A stretch of 64,000 bases of DNA from an uncultured Pseudomonadota bacterium (GCA_964570505.1 CAZMYL010000001.1:48093-112092), one strand, 5' to 3'. Shown: positions 1 through 9,355, counted from the first letter of the stretch. Notes: generated from the sequence alone by a model not told the origin. Numbers and translations are program-made.

Positions 1-19
1 TTAGATCGGATAAATATAA

Positions 20-48
20 GGAGAGAGTGATTCACTCTCTCCTTTTTT
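20..48 (+). terminator. Rho-independent terminator of a gene lying upstream of the window
   Basis: Perfect 10-bp stem GGAGAGAGTG/CACTCTCTCC (20-29 / 33-42), 3-nt loop, followed by TTTTTT (43-48). Confidence 0.7.
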
Positions 49-83
49 ATTGTGTTAATTTTTTATTAAGAAGGTTATTAGTT

Positions 84-1067
84 ATGAATAGTATTATATT
101 GTTATGTATAAGTATCTTTTTTTTACATAGTATAGAAAATAATGCATCTACAGATAAAAAATCTAATTCTATGTCTACTCAAAAAAAGACAAAAAATAAA
201 AATAAAGAGATTATAAAAGAAAAAAAAACTACAACTCATAAAATTTTAAGTAGTAATGAAAAAATAATTCCTATCAATAAAAATGCTCAGTTAGAGGATT
301 GTATAGGTGTTGTAATTTATACAACAGAAGAACCTATTGTTTTAACTAAAAAAGATTTTGAACGTGATTCTATAAATGGTGCGCAGCAAACTAAAGATGA
401 TGTTATTATGCAACATATTATGGCACATCATGCTCGTGTTATGTACAAAATGGAAGCATCAGAAGAAATGATGGAAAAATATTTACAAAACATTATGGAG
501 CAACACAACCTTACAAGAGATCAAATTAAAATAATGTTTGAGCAAGCTGGATATACTTTGCAAGAAGGTATCGATCAGTTAAAAATGATGTACCTTATTG
601 ATAATTTATTAAATTATAAAATTAAATCACGATTAATTATACCAGAAGAAACCATTCAAAAATATTATGATGAAAATCCAGAATATACAACGGCATCATA
701 TACTATACAAACAGGTTTTATTAAATCAGATGATATTACACCAGAACAAGTTGCTGATTGGTTAAACATAAAAAATAATTTTAATCATATTGAATGGTCT
801 GACAGTTATACTCTTAATGATGATGATATTTCAGAAGAGAGGTCTTTTATTAAAAAATTATCACCTTATGAAATTTCTGATTTAGAAGAGGTTATTGAAG
901 GTTTTGAAATTATACGCCTTTTAAAAAAACGTGAATCAATTTTAAAGAAAATGGAAGAGCGCCATAAAGTAATTATAGAAACTTTGCGCGCCCCAATGTT
1001 TGAAAAATTACTTAAAGAATATAAAAAAGAATTACTTGCAGAATATGAAGTAGTCACTATTAATTAA
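84..1067 (+). CDS. Hypothetical secreted or membrane-anchored protein, possibly a SurA-N/PpiD-like chaperone
   Basis: Long ORF. I start it at ATG 84 (AAGAAGG about 9 nt upstream) because the GTG at 27 in the ORF track lies inside the terminator hairpin. N-terminal hydrophobic segment MNSIILLCISIFFLHS, then a K-rich linker. Only a weak by-eye resemblance to SurA N-terminal type domains, and no PPIase motif recognised. Confidence 0.55.
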   Translation: MNSIILLCISIFFLHSIENNASTDKKSNSMSTQKKTKNKNKEIIKEKKTTTHKILSSNEKIIPINKNAQLEDCIGVVIYTTEEPIVLTKKDFERDSINGAQQTKDDVIMQHIMAHHARVMYKMEASEEMMEKYLQNIMEQHNLTRDQIKIMFEQAGYTLQEGIDQLKMMYLIDNLLNYKIKSRLIIPEETIQKYYDENPEYTTASYTIQTGFIKSDDITPEQVADWLNIKNNFNHIEWSDSYTLNDDDISEERSFIKKLSPYEISDLEEVIEGFEIIRLLKKRESILKKMEERHKVIIETLRAPMFEKLLKEYKKELLAEYEVVTIN

Positions 1068-2311
1068 TCGCATTCTTCTTCTAAGCTATCTTTTTGAGAT
1101 AACTCATAAATTTCAAGTGCCTTCTGTATGAAGGCATTTTTTTTATTTTGTAAATGTATTTTATCTTGGCAATACCCTGCAAGTAATTCTGGCAAATCCA
1201 TGTCTACTTTAAGTCCTTGCCGTTTTTCTCGTGCAATCGTGGTATGAATAGGAATAATACCAACAATGTAATGCGCATTTGCACATGCACGTTCTACCGC
1301 TCCAATATCGACTAAATCTTTATGACCGGTAGGAACATAATAAACAATTTTAATAACAGCATTGTTTATATTTTCTTTATAAATAGCATCAAGTATTTGT
1401 TTAGTGTGGTCTTGGTCATCTTTATCAAGATTTACATCAATTTGAATAAATGGACGCATAGGACCTTGTATAAATTCATATTTTGTATTTCCTGGAGATG
1501 CAGTAACAAGACAAAATCCTTTAGGCTCTTTTCGTTCTCCAAAATCTACTCGTTCAATTGAGCCTGAATAAACAATAGCAGGATAGCCGTCAGAATTTAA
1601 GTTTTGATGTCTATGTAAATGCCCAAGCGCTACATAATCAAATGGCTTAATACCAAGTTGAGAAGGCATAAATGTTGGATCGCTTCCATAAATTGCTCGT
1701 TTTTCAGATCCTGAAAAAATTCCAGAACTAACAGTTAAATGTCCTGCAAGAATTGATGGAATTGTTGGATCACATTGAGCTGATAAATTGGTAATAATAG
1801 AAGTAACAGCTTCAGTAATATAACGAGTTATTTCATCAGCATTTTTATGCATATGTTTTTTATTTAAACTGATAGTATTACGTGTTGGCCATGGAATTCC
1901 AACAATTTGTATCGGCCCATTTTTTGTTTGCAATCGTAAAAGTTCTGGTTTTTCAATTACATGGAAACCATCAAGAGGTACTTCACTAAAAATTTCTAAG
2001 CTGCTTGCCTTTCCAAAACTTAATGGATTGTCATGATTACCTACAATAATAACAATAGGTATACCTGCTTTATAAAGTTTTAAAAAACAACGCATTAGTA
2101 GTTTTTGTTGAGTAGGGCTGGGATGAGATGTTTTATATGCATCTCCAGAAAATAAAAAGAAGTCTATTTTTTTTTCTATACCATAATCAATGCAATAATT
2201 AAGGGCATGCTCAAAATCTAAAAGACGGGAATGAATACCCGTCTCTGGATCAATTCTTCCATAATTTTCCATGCCAAAATGTATATCAGCGGTGTGAATA
2301 AATGAAATCAT
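1064..2311 (-). CDS. sbcD: SbcD/Mre11-family nuclease subunit
   Basis: Calcineurin-like phosphoesterase motifs in order: HTADIHFG, SGDAYK, VGNHDNP, LGHLHRHQ. 415 aa. The start overlaps the glmU stop by 4 nt. Confidence 0.85.
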   Translation of the reverse strand: MISFIHTADIHFGMENYGRIDPETGIHSRLLDFEHALNYCIDYGIEKKIDFFLFSGDAYKTSHPSPTQQKLLMRCFLKLYKAGIPIVIIVGNHDNPLSFGKASSLEIFSEVPLDGFHVIEKPELLRLQTKNGPIQIVGIPWPTRNTISLNKKHMHKNADEITRYITEAVTSIITNLSAQCDPTIPSILAGHLTVSSGIFSGSEKRAIYGSDPTFMPSQLGIKPFDYVALGHLHRHQNLNSDGYPAIVYSGSIERVDFGERKEPKGFCLVTASPGNTKYEFIQGPMRPFIQIDVNLDKDDQDHTKQILDAIYKENINNAVIKIVYYVPTGHKDLVDIGAVERACANAHYIVGIIPIHTTIAREKRQGLKVDMDLPELLAGYCQDKIHLQNKKNAFIQKALEIYELSQKDSLEEECD

Positions 2312-3762
2312 GAAGCATTTTCAATATTATTATTTTGTGATGATGAAATAAAAACAGGTATTTCTTCATTGGTAGAAGAAGTTGTTTTATGTTTCAATTT
2401 ATGAGCATAATTCAATTTATTTATTTGTCTTTCTCTTCCAATAGCAAGAGCATTTGCAGGAACATTTTCAGTAAGTGTTGAACCAGCTGCAGTAAATGCA
2501 TGTTCTTCAATAGTCAAAGGTGCTACTAATGTGTTATTACTTCCAACAAAAACATGATCTTTAATGATTGTCGTATGTTTTAATGTTCCATCATAATTAC
2601 AAGTAATAGTTCCTGCCCCTATATTTACAGAATTTCCAACTTCTGCATCACCAAGATAGCTAAGATGTTTAGCTTTTGAATGTGTTCCAATAATAGATCG
2701 TTTAACTTCAACAAAATTTCCAATAACCGCGTTATCTTCGATAATTGTTTTTTCATGAATATGAGCAAAAGGACCAATTTTTACAGATGATTTAAGGCAA
2801 GCATCAGTAATAACAGTATGAGAATAAATAATACTGTCATTTCCAATTGTAGTATCTGTTATTAAACTAAAAGCACCAATTGTACAATTTTTACCAATCT
2901 TTGTAGTTCCTCGTAGTTGAACTCCTGAGTCTATAAATGAACCCGGCTCAATAGTAACGCTTTGATCAATATGAACATTTTGCGCAATATTAAATCTGAC
3001 GCCATGATCCATCCAATATTGAATAATTTCTGCTTTTTTTACTTGTTCAACTGCCCATAGCTCTTTAAAAGTATTAATTCCTCGAATAGAATCAAATGAT
3101 GCAGATAGTGTTGCCACTGCTAATTGATTGTCGCTTGCTAATTTTACTAAATCAGTAATATACCATTCCTGAGAAATAGAACTTTTTTGTAACTTTGATA
3201 AATGTTCTTCTAAAAATGAACGTTTTATTAAATAAACACCAGCATTAATACAACAATTTTCTGAAAGATCACCTTCAAATTCTTTTGCTTCAATAATTTG
3301 TATGCTGTTATTTTCTTCTACTACTCTACCATATCCTGTGGATGTTGATTCACAATTATGTGATGTTATAAAGCTAAAAACAGCATTTTCTTTAGTATGC
3401 TTAGCATATAATTGTTCTATAATTTCAGCAGTAATAAGAGGCATGTCTCCATTAATTACTAAAATATTTTCAGCATTCCACAAAGATTGAGAACAAGCTA
3501 ATGCGTGTCCTGTTCCTTGTTGTTCATTTTGTTCTATAAAATTAATTTTTTTGCCAAAATGAGTAGCAATCACTTCTTTAATAAGTTCTTTTTGAAAGCC
3601 AACAACAAGAGCTGTTGGAATATGTAAATTATCAAGAACTTTCGTTGGATAAAGAATCATTTCTTGACCACATATTTTTTCAATAAGTTTTGTTTTGCCA
3701 GTTTTTAGACGAGACGATTTTCCAGCTGCAAGAACAATTGCTTGAATATTCATAAGATTCAT
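2308..3762 (-). CDS. glmU: Bifunctional GlcNAc-1-P uridyltransferase / GlcN-1-P acetyltransferase
   Basis: N-terminal LAAGKSSRLK nucleotidyltransferase loop, QGTGHA motif, and a C-terminal half of hexapeptide (left-handed beta-helix) repeats. 484 aa with a short Ser/Asn-rich tail. Confidence 0.92.
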   Translation of the reverse strand: MNLMNIQAIVLAAGKSSRLKTGKTKLIEKICGQEMILYPTKVLDNLHIPTALVVGFQKELIKEVIATHFGKKINFIEQNEQQGTGHALACSQSLWNAENILVINGDMPLITAEIIEQLYAKHTKENAVFSFITSHNCESTSTGYGRVVEENNSIQIIEAKEFEGDLSENCCINAGVYLIKRSFLEEHLSKLQKSSISQEWYITDLVKLASDNQLAVATLSASFDSIRGINTFKELWAVEQVKKAEIIQYWMDHGVRFNIAQNVHIDQSVTIEPGSFIDSGVQLRGTTKIGKNCTIGAFSLITDTTIGNDSIIYSHTVITDACLKSSVKIGPFAHIHEKTIIEDNAVIGNFVEVKRSIIGTHSKAKHLSYLGDAEVGNSVNIGAGTITCNYDGTLKHTTIIKDHVFVGSNNTLVAPLTIEEHAFTAAGSTLTENVPANALAIGRERQINKLNYAHKLKHKTTSSTNEEIPVFISSSQNNNIENAS

Positions 3763-4240
3763 AAGACACCTCTTTTAAATTAAAAAGCTGGAGCTGCAAA
3801 TTTTAAAAAAGATACCATATATTTTTTTTGAGGTCTAAGTTACTTTTTTTAAAAAGCAATTTTATGTAAAAATATTAAAATTACTATAATATAATAGTAC
3901 TTATTATATTATTAATTGTATTAAAATAAACATATAACTTACCATAAAGATAAAAGATGAAACGATTATTTTTTTTAAATGTGTTAATAACATTCTCTTA
4001 TGTATTCACTTCAAATCATCATTTAGAAGTTAGTCAATATATTGACGGTGCTATAGAAAAAGGTTCAGATGTTTCAACAGCTGCATCAATTTTATATTTT
4101 GGTAAAAGTTCAATTTTATCTTTTACTGAAAATGGTTTTAAAAATACAATTTGTGTATATTGTTGAGTCAATTTTAATTCGCTTCGAGCAAGATGCGGGC
4201 ATCAAAATAAATGTAAAAATAAAAAATAGAAAGTATTTAT

Positions 4241-5641
4241 ATGATAGAAAAAAAGGTAAATGAGCATCGTATAAAACGGCATAAACTTTCTGATAATATA
4301 AATGGAGATGTGGTTTATTATATGCAACGGGATCAGCGAATTCATGATAATTGGGCTCTGTTGTATGCTCAAGAAAAAGCATTAGAATTTAAAAAATCAC
4401 TTATCATATTAGTCTGCATAGATGATAGTTTAAAATGGTATCCACAAACGCTAAGACAGTATGACTTTATGATGCAAGGACTAAAAGAAATTGAACTTGA
4501 ATGTCACAAGCTAAAAATAATATTTGATGTTGTTATAGGTCATCCAGAAAAAGTAGTTACTGATTATATAAATGAACATAAAATAGGTGTTTTTGTTACT
4601 GATTTTAATCCATTAAAATATTATCAAGAAAGACTTAAAGAAATTACTCATAAAATTAATTGCTCTGTATATGAAGTAGATGCGCATAATATAGTTCCTT
4701 GCTGGATAGCATCCCAAAAACAGGAATATGCCGCTCGAACAATTCGTCCAAAAATTAAAAAATTACTACCTTTGTATGTAGTTGATTTTCCTAAAGTTAG
4801 TACACATTCATTTTTTTCTAAAAAGAAATCTGCTCCCATAAATTGGCAATCGATTAGTAATAAATTACTATTTAAAAATAGTATAATGCCTCTTGACTGG
4901 ATCAAACCAGGAGAAAAAGCTGCTCATAAAGCTTTGGATCATTTTATCAAAGTAAAATTAGAAAAATATAATAATTTAAGAAATGATCCTACTTGTGATG
5001 CTCAATCAAATTTGTCGCCGTATCTTCATTTTGGGCATATTTCAGCACAAAGAATTGCTTTAGAAATTAAAAATACAAGAATCTCAGATGCCTTAAAGGA
5101 ATCTTTTTTAGAAGAATTAATTATTAGAAAAGAGCTTTCTGATAATTATTGCTACTATAATAATAACTATGATTCTATAAAAGGAGCTGCTCATTGGGCT
5201 CAAGAAACATTAAAGAAGCATACTCATGATGAAAGAGAATATATTTATTCAAAAAAGCAATTTGAAAATGCTGAAACTCATGATGATCTATGGAATGCTG
5301 CACAATTAGAATTACTTTGCCATGGTAAGATTCATGGATATATGCGTATGTATTGGGCTAAAAAAATACTTGAATGGTCTAAGACACCAGAAGATGCATT
5401 TTCAATAGCAATATATTTAAATGATACATATTCAATTGATGGTACTGATCCAAATGGATATGTAGGAATTGCATGGTCAATTGCAGGCGTTCACGATAGA
5501 GCATGGTTCCCAAGAAAAATTTTTGGAACAATAAGATATATGAGTTACAACGGATGTAAAAGTAAATTTGATATAAAAAAATATATCTTGAATATTCAGA
5601 GCAAATATTTAAAAAAAATAAAAAATGAAAAAAACATCTAA
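4241..5641 (+). CDS. phr: Class II CPD (deoxyribodipyrimidine) photolyase
   Basis: C-terminal FAD-binding block DPNGYVGIAWSIAGVHDRAWFPRKIFGTIRYMSYNGCKSKFD and N-terminal QRDQRIHDNWAL match the class II photolyase pattern as I remember it. 466 aa. Confidence 0.85.
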   Translation: MIEKKVNEHRIKRHKLSDNINGDVVYYMQRDQRIHDNWALLYAQEKALEFKKSLIILVCIDDSLKWYPQTLRQYDFMMQGLKEIELECHKLKIIFDVVIGHPEKVVTDYINEHKIGVFVTDFNPLKYYQERLKEITHKINCSVYEVDAHNIVPCWIASQKQEYAARTIRPKIKKLLPLYVVDFPKVSTHSFFSKKKSAPINWQSISNKLLFKNSIMPLDWIKPGEKAAHKALDHFIKVKLEKYNNLRNDPTCDAQSNLSPYLHFGHISAQRIALEIKNTRISDALKESFLEELIIRKELSDNYCYYNNNYDSIKGAAHWAQETLKKHTHDEREYIYSKKQFENAETHDDLWNAAQLELLCHGKIHGYMRMYWAKKILEWSKTPEDAFSIAIYLNDTYSIDGTDPNGYVGIAWSIAGVHDRAWFPRKIFGTIRYMSYNGCKSKFDIKKYILNIQSKYLKKIKNEKNI

Positions 5642-5644
5642 TAA

Positions 5645-5677
5645 AAAAGGTCCGACTTTTTTAAGTACAGACCTTTT
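5645..5677. terminator. Probable bidirectional terminator between the convergent photolyase and helicase genes
   Basis: AAAAGGTC (5645-5652) pairs with GACCTTTT (5670-5677), with A/T runs on both sides. The stem is weak (4 G:C pairs) and the loop is 17 nt. Confidence 0.4.
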
Positions 5678-5704
5678 TTATTTAAAAACTATTTTGAAAA
5701 TAAA

Positions 5705-7162
5705 TTATCGAGCATTATTTTTATAAAATCCACGATCGTTGTTTTTTCTCGAATTACTGGGTCTTGAGGAAGAAAATCCATCTCGATTAAAACGTGATTC
5801 GCGAGAGTTGCTTTCACGGCGACTTGATCTTTCTTCGCCAAAATTAGATCTTGAAGGTCTTTCTTCTCTGGTACTAAAATCATCTTTTGAAAAAGATGAT
5901 TGGCGTTTTTCTGAAGATCTTTCGCTAAATCCAGAATTTCTTCTTGAAGATCTTTCATCTGTAAAATAAGATTTATTTTTGTTTCTTGAAGATCCAAATG
6001 ATGAATTTGAACGTGATGAAGACCCACCTCGTCTACCACCAAATGATTGTGGAGCAAGTTTTGGAGCATTTTTATACTTTTCAGGATCCATCATGCGTTG
6101 AATAGCTTCCCAATTGCGTTTGTCATGTCCTGCAATAAAATTGACAGCAGAACCTTCAGCGCCAGCTCTTCCAGTTCTTCCAATACGATGGATGTAGTCT
6201 TCTGGACACTGAGGAAGGTCGTAATTAATAACTAATTTAATATGAGGAACGTCAAGTCCACGTGCAGCAACATCAGTTGCAACCATAATACGATAACGAC
6301 CTTTACGGAAAGCAGTCATAACTCTTTCTCGTTTGTTTTGACGTAAATCGCCATGAATGCATTCAACTTCATGCCCATCGCGATCAAGATTATCTGCAAT
6401 AATTTCAGCGCTTCGTTTTGTTTTTACAAAAACAATAACACTTCCTTGTTCTTGATTAATTTCGTTAATCAAATTGTCGTATTTTTCTGTTTCTTTTAGA
6501 TTTACTGTTCTTTGTGTAATTGCTTGGACAGGTTTTACTAATGAATCAACAGAAATACGAGAAGGGTTTTTTAAATATTTTTTAGTTAAATTTTCAATTT
6601 CTGGAGCAATAGTTGCTGAAAACATAAGTGTTTGACGTTCTTTTGGAAGACGTTTAATAATATCTTCAAGTTGAACACTGAATCCCATATCAAACATTCT
6701 GTCTGTTTCATCAAGAACTAAAAAGCTAAAGCTTGATCCATCAACTGTTCCTTGTTCTAAGTGATCAATCATTCTTCCTGGAGTTGCAACAATAATACGA
6801 GGATTTCTGCGTAATTGACTAATTTGCTTGCTGAATGATTCGCCTCCAATTAAAAGAGATCCATATGTTCGTTCTCCTCTAGGGATAAGCGTGCATATTG
6901 TTTTAAAAACTTGTTGTGCAAGTTCACGAGTAGGGCATAAAACAAGAGCAGATTCTGATTGATTGGTAAGAACATAAGAAACAAGAGGAACTGAAAATGC
7001 TAATGTTTTACCAGTACCTGTTTGAGCTGATCCAAGAACGTCTTTACCTTCCAAAGCTAATGGAATTGTTTGAGACTGAATTGGAGTTGGAGTAACAAAG
7101 TCTAAAGCTTCTAGGCTTAATTGCAAAGCATTAGGTAACGCCATATCGCGAAAGTTTTTCAT
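5705..7162 (-). CDS. DEAD-box ATP-dependent RNA helicase with an Arg/Ser/Gly-rich C-terminal tail
   Basis: Motif I AQTGTGKT, Ia PTRELA, motif II reads DETD (not DEAD), III SAT, VI HRIGRTGRAG. The last ~130 aa are low-complexity R/S/G/N/F-rich. Confidence 0.92.
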   Translation of the reverse strand: MKNFRDMALPNALQLSLEALDFVTPTPIQSQTIPLALEGKDVLGSAQTGTGKTLAFSVPLVSYVLTNQSESALVLCPTRELAQQVFKTICTLIPRGERTYGSLLIGGESFSKQISQLRRNPRIIVATPGRMIDHLEQGTVDGSSFSFLVLDETDRMFDMGFSVQLEDIIKRLPKERQTLMFSATIAPEIENLTKKYLKNPSRISVDSLVKPVQAITQRTVNLKETEKYDNLINEINQEQGSVIVFVKTKRSAEIIADNLDRDGHEVECIHGDLRQNKRERVMTAFRKGRYRIMVATDVAARGLDVPHIKLVINYDLPQCPEDYIHRIGRTGRAGAEGSAVNFIAGHDKRNWEAIQRMMDPEKYKNAPKLAPQSFGGRRGGSSSRSNSSFGSSRNKNKSYFTDERSSRRNSGFSERSSEKRQSSFSKDDFSTREERPSRSNFGEERSSRRESNSRESRFNRDGFSSSRPSNSRKNNDRGFYKNNAR

Positions 7163-7481
7163 AATGTACCTTTATAGTTAAAAACAAAAAGGCCACAATG
7201 CTTTGGCTATACGGCCTTCTTTTTTGATTAATATTTTATTTATTTACGCATGTAATTGAGATTTTAAAGACAGCGTGAATCTATAATAGAGAGTATATCA
7301 TTTTATAAAAAAAGCAAAAAATAGCGCTGTTATATTGATGATAATGGTCTTTTGAGCATATTTTGTAAAAAATAATTGAAATAATTTAATTTTGTTATTT
7401 TAATAGTCTGGCTGGAAGTTTCGCTATAATTTAATGAAATACGTAGAATCTCTAATAAAATATTATAAAGGTTTATTTTTT

Positions 7482-7691
7482 ATGAAAAACAAAGAGTGCT
7501 GTAATTCTGTAAATGATGATTATATAGTATGTACTTGTATGGAGGTCATGCGATCTCAGCTTCAGGAAGCTATTTCCGAGGGATCAGACACTTTTGATAA
7601 GCTTTCAGATAGGCTTGGGGTTGGTACTGGCTGTAGTAGTTGTGTGCAAGAAGTTTGCGAGATTTTGAAAGAAGAATTGAAGAAAAAATAA
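7482..7691 (+). CDS. BFD-like [2Fe-2S]-binding domain protein
   Basis: The pattern VCTCMEV...GVGTGCSSCVQEV gives the four-Cys signature of the bacterioferritin-associated-ferredoxin fold. The ORF track starts at 7434, but a TATAAT at 7423-7428 favours the ATG at 7482 (MKNKECC). Confidence 0.65.
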   Translation: MKNKECCNSVNDDYIVCTCMEVMRSQLQEAISEGSDTFDKLSDRLGVGTGCSSCVQEVCEILKEELKKK

Positions 7692-7779
7692 AAAAAGTGA
7701 AATTAGATTTGAAATTGCCTTCAAAAAGGATTATCCTGTCAGCACGTGTCTGAATAAGATTCGTGCCGATGATCAAAAA

Positions 7780-7864
7780 GGCGAGATTCCCGAGCGGTCA
7801 AAGGGGGCGGTCTGTAAAACCGCTGGCTCCGCCTTCGTAGGTTCGAATCCTACTCTCGCCACCA
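7780..7864 (+). tRNA. tRNA-Tyr (anticodon GTA), CCA encoded
   Basis: Acceptor GGCGAGA/TCTCGCC, anticodon loop CTGTAAA, long variable arm, T-loop TTCGAAT. Very similar to the E. coli tRNA-Tyr layout. Confidence 0.9.
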
Positions 7865-7937
7865 TCTTGCAAAGGTGGTTGATTGAAAATTTGAAATTTC
7901 AGGAGTAATTAACCTGAATAGTTTGAAATATTAAGGT

Positions 7938-8014
7938 GCGGGAATAGCTCAATTGGTTAGAGCGACAGCCTTCCAAGCTGTAGGTTGCGAGTTCGAGTCT
8001 CGTTTCCCGCTCCA
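7938..8014 (+). tRNA. tRNA-Gly (anticodon TCC), CCA encoded
   Basis: Acceptor GCGGGAA/TTCCCGC, anticodon stem ACAGC/GCTGT with loop CTTCCAA, T-loop TTCGAGT. Confidence 0.9.
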
Positions 8015-8027
8015 AAAAATATGAGAT

Positions 8028-8103
<76 letters not shown>

Positions 8104-8191
8104 TAATGTAAAAGAATGGAGAGATTTGTGTTTTTTGCATTTTTCTCTATGCTTTTAAAAATGCCCCCGGTGGAGCTTCTTTAATAAAGTA

Positions 8192-8267
8192 GCCCACGTA
8201 GCTCAGTAGGTAGAGCACTCCCATGGTAAGGGAGAGGTCATCGGTTCAAATCCGATCGCGGGCTCCA
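8192..8267 (+). tRNA. tRNA-Thr (anticodon GGT), CCA encoded
   Basis: Acceptor GCCCACG/CGCGGGC (one A:C mismatch at 5:68), anticodon stem CTCCC/GGGAG with loop ATGGTAA, T-loop TTCAAAT. Confidence 0.85.
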
Positions 8268-8332
8268 TATGTTTTTGCATATGGTCATAGATTTTAGTAA
8301 AACGCGTTTACGATTTTGAAGGTATATGAGTC

Positions 8333-8491
8333 ATGGCTAAAAATAGAGTTACTACGAGTTTATGTTGTTCGAATTGTAAAAGTCGCAACTATACTCAAGT
8401 TGTTGCAAAAAAAAGGACAGTAGGTTCGTTACAATTGAAAAAATATTGTGCGAAGTGCCGTCAGCATTATGCTCATAAAGAGACTAAGTAA
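8333..8491 (+). CDS. rpmG: 50S ribosomal protein L33 (zinc-ribbon form)
   Basis: Not in the ORF track (52 aa). My own translation is MAKNRVTTSLCCSNCKSRNYTQVVAKKRTVGSLQLKKYCAKCRQHYAHKETK, with CxxC...CxxC. It sits in the classical position before tRNA-Trp-secE-nusG. Confidence 0.88.
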   Translation: MAKNRVTTSLCCSNCKSRNYTQVVAKKRTVGSLQLKKYCAKCRQHYAHKETK

Positions 8492-8506
8492 GCGTAAGCT
8501 TGCGGG

Positions 8507-8582
8507 AGGCCAGTAGCTCTAACGGTAGAGCGGCAGACTCCAAATCTGATGGTTGGGGGTTCGAATCCCTCCTGGCCTGCCA
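8507..8582 (+). tRNA. tRNA-Trp (anticodon CCA), CCA end encoded
   Basis: Acceptor AGGCCAG/CTGGCCT, anticodon loop CTCCAAA, T-loop TTCGAAT. Conserved position upstream of secE. Confidence 0.9.
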
Positions 8583-8627
8583 ATTTATTGAATCAGATGC
8601 AATTCAGTGAGGATATGTACGGTGGAA

Positions 8628-8810
8628 ATGATAAAAGATTTGATACATTTCTTTAGTGGTGTTCGAGAAGAATTTTCAAGAGTTGTTTGGCCTGCAAGAA
8701 TTGAGCTTTTTGGCATTACAATAATTGTTTTGTTTTTAGTTGCTTTTTTTGCAGTGTATGTGGGCGCAATAGATTTTATGCTTAATGTATTTGCTGCCAG
8801 AATTTTTTAG
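8628..8810 (+). CDS. secE: Preprotein translocase subunit SecE
   Basis: Small single-TM protein with FFSGVREEFSRVVWP and then a TM helix, immediately upstream of nusG. The ORF track start at 8607 is an alternative; ATG 8628 has GGTGGA upstream. Confidence 0.88.
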   Translation: MIKDLIHFFSGVREEFSRVVWPARIELFGITIIVLFLVAFFAVYVGAIDFMLNVFAARIF

Positions 8811-8833
8811 TATTTTAAGGGTATAATACGCTC

Positions 8834-9355
8834 ATGAAACGATGGTATGTTGTTCAGGTATATGCAGGTTATGAAGATTTGGTCCAAAAAGATATTTTGC
8901 GTCAAGTTGAAAAGCGCGAAGATGATATATTTGGCCAGGTTTTGATACCATCAGCTCGATTGAAAAGTTTTTTGTCTCTTTCTGAGGGGGTCGAAGATGA
9001 GCGCTTATTTCCTGGTTATATTTTAGTTGAAATGGAAAAAAATCAACAGTCTATTAACTTGATTGCTTCAACGCCGAGAGTTTTACGATTCTTAGGTGGC
9101 AATGATCCTGTTTCTTTAACAGAAAAAGAGATAGGAAGAATATTGGGTCAAGTAAAGGGTGAGGTTGTTGTTGCTCCTGTCGTTTGCGACGACTTTGTGG
9201 AGGGCAGCGAAGTTGATATTCAAGAAGGTCCTTTTGCTGGATTTGTTGGTATCATTGAAAAAGTTGATAAAGAGAATGAGCGGTTGACGGTAATGGTTAG
9301 TATCTTCGGGCGGTTGACGCCTGTTGAGCTTTCTTTTGATCAAGTTAAAAAATAG
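8834..9355 (+). CDS. nusG: Transcription termination/antitermination factor NusG
   Basis: KRWYVVQVYAGYE NGN start and a C-terminal KOW (GPFAGFVGIIEKVD). Conserved secE-nusG-rplK synteny. Confidence 0.95.
   Translation: MKRWYVVQVYAGYEDLVQKDILRQVEKREDDIFGQVLIPSARLKSFLSLSEGVEDERLFPGYILVEMEKNQQSINLIASTPRVLRFLGGNDPVSLTEKEIGRILGQVKGEVVVAPVVCDDFVEGSEVDIQEGPFAGFVGIIEKVDKENERLTVMVSIFGRLTPVELSFDQVKK

Noticed and set aside
27-83. GTG start at 27 for the first ORF
   Set aside because: The codon lies inside the stem of the terminator hairpin at 20-48. ATG 84, with an upstream AAGAAGG and an immediately following signal-like segment, is more plausible.
3957-4382. Three overlapping small ORFs (69, 64 and 88 aa) in the glmU-photolyase spacer and photolyase 5' end
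   Set aside because: None has a convincing RBS, they mutually overlap, and the sequence is very AT-rich. The 69-aa ORF has a signal-like start but no other support. I left them unannotated.
5689-6069. 126-aa minus-strand and 76-aa plus-strand (5739-5969) ORFs overlapping the helicase 3' end
   Set aside because: They are alternative frames of the repetitive R/S/G-rich tail coding region. The helicase frame is continuous with the conserved core, so these are artefacts of low complexity.
7190-7225. AAGGCC...GGCCTT hairpin followed by T run in the helicase 5' region, considered as a terminator or cold-shock-type leader
   Set aside because: There is no upstream + strand gene for it to terminate. 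The stem is short with a long loop. A regulatory role in the helicase leader cannot be supported from sequence alone.
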